A stretch of DNA of 32,000 nt. Origin: Bellilinea caldifistulae (GTDB lineage Bacteria; Chloroflexota; Anaerolineae; Anaerolineales; Anaerolineaceae). How positions within the stretch are numbered: the first letter of the stretch is position 1; each line of letters starts with the position of its first letter. The stretch is taken from assembly GCF_001306055.1 (NCBI RefSeq), contig NZ_LGHJ01000016.1:30001-62000 (forward strand), read 5' to 3'. Under the pieces are notes generated by a model. It ran no database searches, had not been told where the DNA came from, and saw nothing but the letters and a program-made list of their open reading frames with translations. Positions 23,917 to 32,000 of the stretch are shown here, one piece after another. The position numbers and the translations under genes are program-made.

Positions 23917-26487
23917 ATGAGCCAAATTCTGATGACATTGATCTGGTATTTGATGGTTACGGCGGCGGGTTACTTAACGCTGCCTCTGGCTTTTCGCTTT
24001 CTGAAGTTTTTACCGGATCGCGGCTTTACCTTCAGCCGTTCGCTGGGATTGCTGCTGTGGGGATACATCTTTTGGCTGCTGACTACTTTTGGTCTGTTAC
24101 AAAACAATGCCGGAGGGGTTCTTTTCGGACTGATTTTGCTGGCGGGTGTGAGCGCCTTTTTCATGCGCGGAGGTTGGTTTGAGTTCAAGGACTGGTTCGG
24201 TACGCAGAGGCGGTTAATTTTAACGGCTGAAAGTCTGTTTTTGATTGCTTATCTTTCCTGGACGGTGGTAAGGGCTGCTAATCCCGAAATCATCTATACC
24301 GAGAAGCCGATGGAATTGGCCTTTATCAATGCTATCTTGCGCTCACCATCCTTTCCTCCCTTCGATCCATGGCTGGCAGGATATGCAATCTCCTATTATT
24401 ACTTTGGTTACGTTATTGTCGCGATGTTGATCCACCTGAGCGGGGTGCCCAGTTCGATTGGGTTCAATTTGGGGATTGCCATGTGGTTTGGGTTGACTGC
24501 ACTGGCTGCGTATGGGGTTTTGTTCAATCTATTGAGCGGTATCCTGTCTACGAATAAACCGGCGGAATCAAACCGAAAAGCGGTTGGCTGGGCGTTGTTG
24601 GCACCGCTGTTTATCCTGATTGTCAGCAATCTGTCCGGCCTGCTGGACATCCTGCATGCGCGGGGCATCTTCTGGCAGCGTAATCCACAAGGGGTTCTGG
24701 AATCATCCTTTTGGAAATGGCTGGGAATTCAGGAGTTTGACCAACCCCCGCCGGAACCGCTTTCGTGGACGCCCAAGCGTACTTACTGGTTGTGGTGGCG
24801 CGGCTCACGCGTATTGCAGGATTTTAACCTGCTCAATCAGCGCGAAGAAGTGATTGATGAATTTCCTTTCTTCTCCTATCTGCTGGCAGATATGCACCCG
24901 CATGTCCTGGGAATGCCGTTTGTCCTTTTGGCTGCCGGTTTAGCATTGAATTTTTACTTTTCTTTCAAAAAACAATCGCCCCCGGAACCTTCGGTTTTGA
25001 ACTGGCTCAAAGATCCACATATCTGGTTAAGCGCCTTGATTTTTGGCGGTCTTTCTTTTTTGAATACATGGGATTTTCCCATCTATCTGGGGTTGTTTGC
25101 AGGAGTATATGTCTTCTACCGTTATTTGCACAACGGGTGGGGGTGGCAGCGGGTTGGGGATTTTGTGTTTGTGGCAATAACGGTGGGAATTCTGGGAATT
25201 TTGCTGTATTTGCCGTTTTATTTGGGTTTTTCTTCGCAGGCAGGCGGTTTTCTGCCGAGCCTGATTTTTCACACCCGCGGGGTGCATTTCTGGGTCATGT
25301 TTGCGCCTTTGCTGTTACCCATTTTGTTCTGGCTGCTTCTTCAGGGTGGAGGTTACCTGCGGCCGGGGTTGCGCTGGGGTGTGCTGCTCGGATCCGCTAT
25401 TGTAGCGGCGGGTTGGATTTTGATGCTGATCGCCAGTAAGGTGATCGAACTGGCCGGATTAATTGGACAAACGTGGATGACTGCTGCTGACACCAATCTG
25501 GCAAGGATGGGGCAAACGCTGACCAGTTTGAGCGGCTTGTTTTTCATCAAACAGGGCGGATCGGGTACGGAATTGTTTCAGGCTGCTTTACTGCGGCGGA
25601 TTAGCGCCCCGGGTACGTGGCTCACATTGATGATTATTTTGATTTTCGTATTTGCCACGATTGTCACTTTGCGGCGTTTATATGGTTTTTCTCTGGCGTC
25701 AGAAAATGATCCTGTTCGGTCATTGCCGGAAGAAGATCAAAACCGGGGTTTTGTATTATTGTTGATTTTGCTGGGTGCGGGTTTGACTCTCGCACCGGAG
25801 TTTTTCTATTTACAGGATGATTTTGGCACCCGAATGAACACAATCTTCAAGTTCTATTTTCAGACATGGATTTTGTGGGGAATTGCGGCCGCCTATTCGA
25901 GTGCCATTCTTTTGCAGCGATTCCACGACGGACGGGGAGGGGTGGTAAAAATTGTCTGGGTGATCCTGATGGCATGTTCTTTGATTTATCCGGGGGTGAT
26001 GCTACCGGCCAAAACGGGGCTACTCCGCGGCCAGCCCGTTTCATTGACTCTGGATGGAAAAGCTTACTTACAGCGCGATGAACCGGATGAATGGCAGGCA
26101 TTCCAGTTTTTATGGGAGATGCCTTTGGGAAATGTAGTTGAAGCGGTCGGTCCACAATACAACCCTCAATTCGCAAGGGTTGCGACCCATGCCGGTCAAC
26201 CCGGTTTGTTGGGTTGGGAAGGCCACGAAATTCAGTGGCGGGGTACTGCCCGGGAGATGGGCTCACGCCGGGTAGATATTGAGACTCTCTATCAGACCAG
26301 CGATTGGTTGAGGGCTAGGGAAATTATCCAGCAATATGGCATCCGTTATATTTATATCGGGCCGGTAGAACGAAGTGCCTATCGTGTTTCCGAAAATAAG
26401 TTTTCGGCAAATTTGGGTTTGCTATTTGCTAATTCCAATGTGCGGATATACGAAGTGCCGGATGCACTGGTGGAAAAAACACCCTGA
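23917..26487 (+). CDS. DUF2298/'Chlor_Arch_YYY' polytopic membrane protein (single-module form)
   Basis: 856 aa. It has LPDRGF, EKPMELAFINAILRS, FPPFDPW, SYYYFG (24391-24408), EFPFFSYLLADMHPH, NTWDFPIYLGL and TRMNTIFKFYFQTW. The C-terminus is a soluble domain ending IRYIYIGPVERSAY...VRIYEV. It is a paralogue of the C-terminal half of the 1766-aa protein. Confidence 0.8.
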   Translation: MSQILMTLIWYLMVTAAGYLTLPLAFRFLKFLPDRGFTFSRSLGLLLWGYIFWLLTTFGLLQNNAGGVLFGLILLAGVSAFFMRGGWFEFKDWFGTQRRLILTAESLFLIAYLSWTVVRAANPEIIYTEKPMELAFINAILRSPSFPPFDPWLAGYAISYYYFGYVIVAMLIHLSGVPSSIGFNLGIAMWFGLTALAAYGVLFNLLSGILSTNKPAESNRKAVGWALLAPLFILIVSNLSGLLDILHARGIFWQRNPQGVLESSFWKWLGIQEFDQPPPEPLSWTPKRTYWLWWRGSRVLQDFNLLNQREEVIDEFPFFSYLLADMHPHVLGMPFVLLAAGLALNFYFSFKKQSPPEPSVLNWLKDPHIWLSALIFGGLSFLNTWDFPIYLGLFAGVYVFYRYLHNGWGWQRVGDFVFVAITVGILGILLYLPFYLGFSSQAGGFLPSLIFHTRGVHFWVMFAPLLLPILFWLLLQGGGYLRPGLRWGVLLGSAIVAAGWILMLIASKVIELAGLIGQTWMTAADTNLARMGQTLTSLSGLFFIKQGGSGTELFQAALLRRISAPGTWLTLMIILIFVFATIVTLRRLYGFSLASENDPVRSLPEEDQNRGFVLLLILLGAGLTLAPEFFYLQDDFGTRMNTIFKFYFQTWILWGIAAAYSSAILLQRFHDGRGGVVKIVWVILMACSLIYPGVMLPAKTGLLRGQPVSLTLDGKAYLQRDEPDEWQAFQFLWEMPLGNVVEAVGPQYNPQFARVATHAGQPGLLGWEGHEIQWRGTAREMGSRRVDIETLYQTSDWLRAREIIQQYGIRYIYIGPVERSAYRVSENKFSANLGLLFANSNVRIYEVPDALVEKTP

Positions 26488-26496
26488 GATGTCAAT

Positions 26497-28218
26497 ATGA
26501 TGAAAAAGAACTCATTTTCTCTAAATGGTGAAAAGGTTTTATATGGATTGATCTTGATCATTGGGCTTGCTTTACGATTAATTCAACTGGGCAAGCTGCC
26601 GCTCAGTGATGAAGAGGCCCGGCTGGCTTTGCAGGCGTTTGGGTTAGCCAGCGGTGAAAGTTCGCCATTTTTCAATCCGGACGGCGGTTATTTGATTACG
26701 ACGACTGGATTATTTTTTATCTTTTCTAAAAGTGAATTTCTGGCTCGCCTGATCCCGGCTTTGGCAGGAACGCTGATTTGCCTGATTCCGTTGGCATTTC
26801 AAAGACTTCTGGGAAGAAAAACGGCTTTGATTGCCGCGTTCGGGCTGGCATTGGACGGCGGCTGGCTTGCGGCTTCCCGGCAAGCCGGCAGTCACACCTG
26901 GGCAGTCTTGTTCTTATTGGCTGTAATTTGGGCTGTCTCCTCTCGGCGCTGGAAAATGGCAGGTATTTTTAGCGGTTTACTGTTACTGGGAGGGGTTGAG
27001 GTTTGGAAAGGTTTAATCCCTTTGGGGGTTGCTATTGGGGTTTATAATCTCTGGTTCAGGTGGGAAAGTTTTGCGTGGAACGACGTATGGCTATCGTTTA
27101 GGAATAATTGGAAAGAATTTCTGACTTGGGCGGTCGGGGCTTTGCTGGTTCTTGGGAGCTTGTTCTTAATCCTGCCGACCGGATGGAGCGCAATGGGAGG
27201 CGGTCTGATTTCTTATCTGCGTGGTTGGAACAACCCTTCCGGTGTTTCAGTGGGGATGATCTTAACAGCCATGCTGATTTATCAGCCGATCAGCACCCTG
27301 TTTGGTTTAATTGCTTCCCTCCGGCAGATCAAAAAATCTGTGAGTCTGGAACTCTTTTTGACGATTTGGAGTTTTTTTGCCCTGATTCATTGCTTCCTCT
27401 ATCCAGCGCGTGAAGTTCTGGATGTGTTATGGGTATCGCTTCCGCTTCTCGGTTTGGCGGCGCGACTTTTATCATCTCTGTTGCGTTTTAATTTTGATCA
27501 ACGCATTGCAGCACTGATATACGGGGTGGTGGTTTTGATATTTTTGATGTTTACTTCACAAAATATCATGCGCCTATTCAGCCCGGGGCGGGTGGCAGTC
27601 AATACTCAACCTGAAATCATTGCTATTCTGGCTGCTTTGTTGTTTGTGATCATTTCCGTTATTTTGATCGGGTGGGGATGGTCTACCCGTGTGGCTGGTT
27701 ATGGGGTCACATGGGGACTACTGGTATGGCTGATGCTCTTTTGGCTGTCTGGGAGCTTTCATGCAGCCGGTTTGGGCGAAAATCCGGAAACAAATCCCTT
27801 TCGACGGGGCTGGTTCATCAGCGAAGCGGATTTGCTAAAAGATACCATTGGTGATTTATCGGAACTGAATGTGCGCTCACGCACGGGATTGGATGTAATG
27901 GCGATTGGATTGGATCAACCGGCAATGCGCTGGTTCGCCAGAGAATTCACCAATTTTAAGTTTGAAAATACTTTTCAACCCCAAATTCAGAGTTCAATTG
28001 TTCTAACAGGATCATCGGAGGGGGTCGTTTTTGGGGAAAATTATCGTGGGCAAGATTTCCATTGGCAAGTACAGCCAATTTGGGATCTAATGACAGCCAA
28101 GGAATGGATGCAGTGGGCAATTTTCAAAATTGCTCCCCTGGAAAACAAGATGATCTTCTTATGGGCGAGAGAAAGTCTCTTCCCGGGTAGTGAAATTTCA
28201 AACGAGGTGCAACCTTGA
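26497..28218 (+). CDS. Polytopic membrane protein with a GT-C-like N-terminus (possible partner family of the YYY proteins)
   Basis: 573 aa. It has LYGLILIIGLALRLIQLGKLPLSDEEARLA (a TM then a DEE loop, as in ArnT/PMT-type enzymes), about 12 further TMs, and a C-terminal soluble domain of about 140 aa. Family assignment is tentative. Confidence 0.5.
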   Translation: MMKKNSFSLNGEKVLYGLILIIGLALRLIQLGKLPLSDEEARLALQAFGLASGESSPFFNPDGGYLITTTGLFFIFSKSEFLARLIPALAGTLICLIPLAFQRLLGRKTALIAAFGLALDGGWLAASRQAGSHTWAVLFLLAVIWAVSSRRWKMAGIFSGLLLLGGVEVWKGLIPLGVAIGVYNLWFRWESFAWNDVWLSFRNNWKEFLTWAVGALLVLGSLFLILPTGWSAMGGGLISYLRGWNNPSGVSVGMILTAMLIYQPISTLFGLIASLRQIKKSVSLELFLTIWSFFALIHCFLYPAREVLDVLWVSLPLLGLAARLLSSLLRFNFDQRIAALIYGVVVLIFLMFTSQNIMRLFSPGRVAVNTQPEIIAILAALLFVIISVILIGWGWSTRVAGYGVTWGLLVWLMLFWLSGSFHAAGLGENPETNPFRRGWFISEADLLKDTIGDLSELNVRSRTGLDVMAIGLDQPAMRWFAREFTNFKFENTFQPQIQSSIVLTGSSEGVVFGENYRGQDFHWQVQPIWDLMTAKEWMQWAIFKIAPLENKMIFLWARESLFPGSEISNEVQP

Positions 28219-28904
28219 CCATACCCAACAGCATTGCAATAGACGGGCCGGCATCGTCCGGTAAATCAACGATAGGGGTGAGGCTTGCCGAACGACTGGG
28301 ATATTTGTTTTTTGATACAGGAATAATGTACCGGGCAGTTACGCTGGCGGTTATTCGGGCAGGGATCGGCGTGGATGATGAAGAAGGGGTTACCCAACTG
28401 GCTCATCGCGTACACATTGATGTACGTCCCCCGACAGTTGCCGATGGGCGAAAAGAAGATGTGCTTTTGGATGGCGAGGATGTCACCTGGGCGATCCGCG
28501 AGCCGGAAGTTGAGAAAAGGGTTTCAAAGATTTCCGCTTATGCAGGGGTTCGGCGGGCAATGACCGAGCTGCAGCGACGGATTGGCAAACGAGGAAGAGT
28601 GGTGATGGTTGGCAGAGATATTGGCACAGTGGTCATGCCGGACGCCGATCTTAAGATTTTTCTAGATGCGTCTTTGGAAGAACGAGCAAGACGGCGTTTT
28701 CGAGAACTGATTCAACGAGGTGAAGCGGTCAGATTTGAAGATGTGCTTGCCGGTTTGAAACAGCGCGATCAAATTGATTCTTCCCGTGAGATTGCCCCTC
28801 TGAAGCCAGCGGACGATGCGGTCATCCTCAACACGGATGGATTGAGCGTTGAAGAGGTTTTGAAAAGGGTTTTTGAATTGTGCAAGGATTGTGGAGATGA
28901 CTGA
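28215..28904 (+). CDS. cmk: Cytidylate kinase
   Basis: 229 aa. It has IAIDGPASSGKSTIG (P-loop), FDTGIMYRA and GRDIGTVV. The TTG start overlaps the upstream stop (TTGA). Confidence 0.88.
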   Translation: MTIPNSIAIDGPASSGKSTIGVRLAERLGYLFFDTGIMYRAVTLAVIRAGIGVDDEEGVTQLAHRVHIDVRPPTVADGRKEDVLLDGEDVTWAIREPEVEKRVSKISAYAGVRRAMTELQRRIGKRGRVVMVGRDIGTVVMPDADLKIFLDASLEERARRRFRELIQRGEAVRFEDVLAGLKQRDQIDSSREIAPLKPADDAVILNTDGLSVEEVLKRVFELCKDCGDD

Positions 28905-30390
28905 AAATCATCAAGTGGAGCAGGAACTACGGGATACCCGTCATATCCTTAATCGCCTTCTGGCGGTTAGTCCCGCGGTGATTTATTCCACAACGCCATT
29001 CCCCCCATACCGGGTTCGGTATATCAGCGAAAATGTGACGATTGTTACCGGTTATTCGCCGGAGCAATTCATCGAAGATGCCGGTTTCTGGAAATCGAAG
29101 GTTCATCCTGAAGACCGTCCAATGGTTTTGGAGCAGTTGAATAAAATGCAACTGCTTGATTACATAGAAATGGAATACCGTTTTTTAGCAGCTGACGAAC
29201 AATATCATTATCTTCGCGAGGAAATTAAAATCCTGCGTGACGCCGAAGGACAACCCATTGAAGGAATCGGATATTTTATTGACATTACCCGCCAAAGGAA
29301 TTACGAGGAAGCCATCCGCCAAAGCGAAAATCTTTACAGAAGCCTGGCAGAAGCATCACGAGATTTGATCATTTTAATTTCCCGTGAAAAAACGATTGAG
29401 TACATCAATAGTTACGCGCGGCAGGCACTGGGATGGGGCGAATTCCAAACCCGATTGCCATCTTATAGTCATATTTTGAAATTGATCCCCGAAAGCCCAG
29501 TTCAACAAGTTTTTCAGACTCAACAGGCTGTTTACACCGAAAATTCAGCCGTTATTTCGAAGCGAAAAATTTGGCTTGGCACCTGGTTAGTGCCTATTTT
29601 CACCTCCCAAGACGAAGTTGAATTTGTGATGGCCGTTGCCAGAGACATAACGCGGCAGAGAGAGACAGAAGAGGAACTTCAGCGGGCATTAAAGGCAGAG
29701 CAGGAACTCAATTCATTACGCTACCGTTTTTTAACGATGACCACCCATGAATTTAAAACACCCATCAGTACAATCCTCTCCTCGATTGAGCTTCTGGAAA
29801 CTTACGGCGAACGTTGGAGTGCGGAAAAGCGGAGTGATCACATCAACCGCATTAAAGCCGCTGCTCAACGGCTCAATCAAATGTTGAGTGATGTGTTGGA
29901 GGTCAATCGGGTGGAAAGCAGCGCAGGATTGGAAGCCAGCGAGAAAGTGGATCTTCTTCAATTGTGCCATGATGTTATTAGCGAGATTCAGCAGGCAGAC
30001 CAGAATCAGCACCCGCTGGTATTCGTCCATACCGGCGAGTTGAGCCTTTTGAGGACCGAACCGCGCTCCTTGCGAAATATCATTTCAAATTTACTTTCCA
30101 ATGCAGTGAAGTACTCATATCCCGGTAATGAAGTGATGTTAGAACTGACCACCGCTCCAGATCATTTTTGGATCAAAGTACATGACCGAGGGATTGGGGT
30201 TCCGGAGAAGGATCGCGAAAATCTTTTTGAGCCGTTTTATCGTGGAGAAAATGTTAATTCTATTCCTGGCACAGGGCTTGGCTTGACCATTGTCAAGCGC
30301 TCGGTGGAAGCATTGGGGGGGGAAATTCACTATGAGGAAAAAGCCGAGGGTGGGTCTATATTCATTGTCCGCATTCCGGTAAGAACTTAA
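28897..30390 (+). CDS. Cytoplasmic PAS-PAS sensor histidine kinase
   Basis: The ATG at 28897 overlaps the cmk stop by 8 nt. Two PAS-like regions are present. The H-box is MTTHEFKTPIS, the N-box NLLSNAVKYS, G1 DRGIGV and G2 GTGLGLTIV. No TM segment is present. Confidence 0.85.
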   Translation: MTENHQVEQELRDTRHILNRLLAVSPAVIYSTTPFPPYRVRYISENVTIVTGYSPEQFIEDAGFWKSKVHPEDRPMVLEQLNKMQLLDYIEMEYRFLAADEQYHYLREEIKILRDAEGQPIEGIGYFIDITRQRNYEEAIRQSENLYRSLAEASRDLIILISREKTIEYINSYARQALGWGEFQTRLPSYSHILKLIPESPVQQVFQTQQAVYTENSAVISKRKIWLGTWLVPIFTSQDEVEFVMAVARDITRQRETEEELQRALKAEQELNSLRYRFLTMTTHEFKTPISTILSSIELLETYGERWSAEKRSDHINRIKAAAQRLNQMLSDVLEVNRVESSAGLEASEKVDLLQLCHDVISEIQQADQNQHPLVFVHTGELSLLRTEPRSLRNIISNLLSNAVKYSYPGNEVMLELTTAPDHFWIKVHDRGIGVPEKDRENLFEPFYRGENVNSIPGTGLGLTIVKRSVEALGGEIHYEEKAEGGSIFIVRIPVRT

Positions 30391-30410
30391 TCAGTGGAGA
30401 ATTACACGGG

Positions 30411-31511
30411 ATGAAAAAAATTCTTGTTATCGAAGACGAATCGGATATTCGCGAAAATATCATTGATCTGTTGAGCGAAGAGGGGTATCTGGCGGTTGGC
30501 GCCCAAGATGGAGAAGAGGGTATTCACAAAATCTGGCAGGAATTCCCTGATCTGGTTTTGTGCGATATCTTGATGCCGAAGGTGGATGGTTATGGGGTAT
30601 TGACGGTGGTCAGCAAGAGCCCATTCACATCTACGATACCGTTTATCTTTTTAACCGCAAAAACGCAGCGAGAAGATTTGAGAAAAGGGATGGTCTTAGG
30701 GGCAGACGACTACATCACCAAACCTTTTACCCGATTGGAACTGCTTCAAGCGATCGAAACCCGATTGTTGAAGCACGAACAGTTACGTCTGCAAGCTCAA
30801 CAAAAATTAATCGAATTGCGTACCAATATCAGTCTTTCCCTTCCCCATGAATTGTTGACCCCGCTTAGCGTCATTTTGGGATTTTCGGAATTTTTGATCA
30901 ATAATTTATCTGCTGAACCAGCCAATTTGCAAACCCTGGAAATTGTCAGTGATATTCATAATGCTGCCAAACGGTTGCTGCATTCCCTCCAAAAGTATTT
31001 ATTTTATGCAGAATTGGAGGTCATTTTGTCGGATGCAGAGAAAATCACCAGAGCAAGGCACTCCCGCTTTCAGATTAACCGATCAGAGGTTCTGGCAGCC
31101 ATTGCCGCAATTCCAGAAAGCGAAGAACGTCGTGAGGATTTTCGGATTGAGGTTGGCGAGGCTCTGGTTTGTATTTCTGAAAACTATTTCCATAAGTTAA
31201 TGGAAGAGCTGCTGGAAAATGCGATCAGATTTTCACCAGTTGGAAGTGTAATCAGTGTGCGTGGGGAAGTGCTTCGTGAGAAAGGCCTTTATAGAATTCA
31301 AATCATTGACCACGGGAGAGGGATGACTCCCGAACAAATAGCGGGGTTAGGCGGTTTTGTCCAAAAAGAAAGAAGGCTATATCCCTCTCAGCAAAGCGGT
31401 TTGGGACTTGAAGTTGTTAATCGAATATTGGATATTGTTCAAGGCTCCTTGAGCATTCAGAGTCAACCGGGCAGCTGGACGACAGTAGAGATCTTTTTAC
31501 GCTTGGGTTGA
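30411..31511 (+). CDS. Hybrid protein: N-terminal receiver (REC) plus HisKA/HATPase histidine kinase
   Basis: 366 aa. The REC domain is canonical (VIEDESD, LVLCDILMPKVDG, FLTAK, DDYITKPF). The H-box is LPHELLTPLS, the N-box LLENAIRFS, and further motifs are DHGRGM and GLGLEVV. Confidence 0.85.
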   Translation: MKKILVIEDESDIRENIIDLLSEEGYLAVGAQDGEEGIHKIWQEFPDLVLCDILMPKVDGYGVLTVVSKSPFTSTIPFIFLTAKTQREDLRKGMVLGADDYITKPFTRLELLQAIETRLLKHEQLRLQAQQKLIELRTNISLSLPHELLTPLSVILGFSEFLINNLSAEPANLQTLEIVSDIHNAAKRLLHSLQKYLFYAELEVILSDAEKITRARHSRFQINRSEVLAAIAAIPESEERREDFRIEVGEALVCISENYFHKLMEELLENAIRFSPVGSVISVRGEVLREKGLYRIQIIDHGRGMTPEQIAGLGGFVQKERRLYPSQQSGLGLEVVNRILDIVQGSLSIQSQPGSWTTVEIFLRLG

Positions 31512-31529
31512 AAAAGGGAGGACATGATC

Positions 31530-32000
31530 ATGTGTGACACCATGGTAGTTTTAGGAAATGCAACGGCGGATGGTTCGGTTTTGTTCGCCAAAAATTCCGA
31601 CCGTGAGCCGAACGAAGCACATGAGGTCATCCTGATCCCGGCAGCAGAACACCCCGCTGGTTCGAGAGTGAAGTGCACTTACATTGAAATTCCTCAGGTG
31701 AGTCACACCTACGCGGTGTTGTTAGCCAGGCCATTTTGGATATGGGGAGCTGAAATGGGGACAAATCAGCATGGAGTGGTTATTGGCAATGAAGCCGTAT
31801 TTACCCGGGTTCCTCATCCAAAAGAAAATGGATTGATCGGGATGGACTTTATCCGTCTGGCTCTGGAACGCAGCCGCACTGCGGAGGAGGCTTTATACTG
31901 TATCATCAGTTTATTAGAGGAATATGGCCAGGGTGGGAATTGTGGCTTTCGCCATCGAATGGTGTACCACAACAGTTTTATCCTGGCGGATGCCAGAGAG
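31530..32000 (+). CDS. Peptidase C69 family (Ntn-hydrolase dipeptidase), N-terminal part; continues beyond the window
   Basis: Absent from the track because there is no stop in the window. A GGGAGG SD lies 8 nt before the ATG at 31530. The product reads [33 protein letters not shown]..., with the nucleophile Cys at position 2 that is typical of C69 peptidases. Confidence 0.75.
   Translation, partial: MCDTMVVLGNATADGSVLFAKNSDREPNEAHEVILIPAAEHPAGSRVKCTYIEIPQVSHTYAVLLARPFWIWGAEMGTNQHGVVIGNEAVFTRVPHPKENGLIGMDFIRLALERSRTAEEALYCIISLLEEYGQGGNCGFRHRMVYHNSFILADARE

Noticed and set aside
1-32000. Scan for CRISPR arrays, tRNA/rRNA genes, IS elements, integrases and prophage remnants
   Set aside because: Intergenic spacers are all 195 nt or shorter. 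None shows regularly spaced direct repeats or cloverleaf-sized structured sequence. No translated ORF shows transposase or integrase motifs (DDE, or a tyrosine-recombinase R-H-R-Y context).

Overview
Calls rest on reading the supplied translations and the DNA for motifs. No database search was run, so family names are recalled signatures, not hits.

The window is about 50% GC and almost fully coding. It looks chromosomal. I saw no tRNA or rRNA, CRISPR array, transposase or integrase. Gene content suggests a Chloroflexota (Anaerolineae-like) bacterium: mevalonate kinase plus isopentenyl-phosphate kinase, and 'YYY' DUF2298 membrane giants. This taxonomic call is inference.

Left part:
- A minus-strand operon runs UbiA-type prenyltransferase (DPPR-synthase-like), mevalonate kinase, isopentenyl-phosphate kinase, dGTPase-like HD hydrolase, greA (partial).
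- tlyA lies on the plus strand.
- A second minus-strand operon runs HD-GYP protein, 90-aa DnaJ-type zinc-finger miniprotein, Cys-rich SLT-like lytic transglycosylase.
- It is divergent from an orphan TadZ/CpaE-like ATPase that has a degenerate receiver domain.

Right two thirds (10077-32000) form one co-directional plus-strand array with tiny gaps or overlapping stop/start codons:
- lepA, a UPF0104 flippase-like membrane protein, a CDP-paratose-2-epimerase-like SDR, a GT4 glycosyltransferase and a SAM methyltransferase.
- Four huge polytopic membrane proteins (739, 1766, 856 and 573 aa) that together hold five GT-C-like modules, with a DUF952 ORF wedged between two of them.
- cmk, a PAS histidine kinase, a REC-histidine kinase hybrid and a partial C69 peptidase.

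The most interesting candidate is the GT-C/DUF2298 ('Chlor_Arch_YYY') mega-cluster with its precursor genes. It may be an uncharacterised polyprenyl-phosphate-sugar-dependent envelope glycan assembly system. The prenyl-phosphate supply genes at 1596-4229 may feed it.
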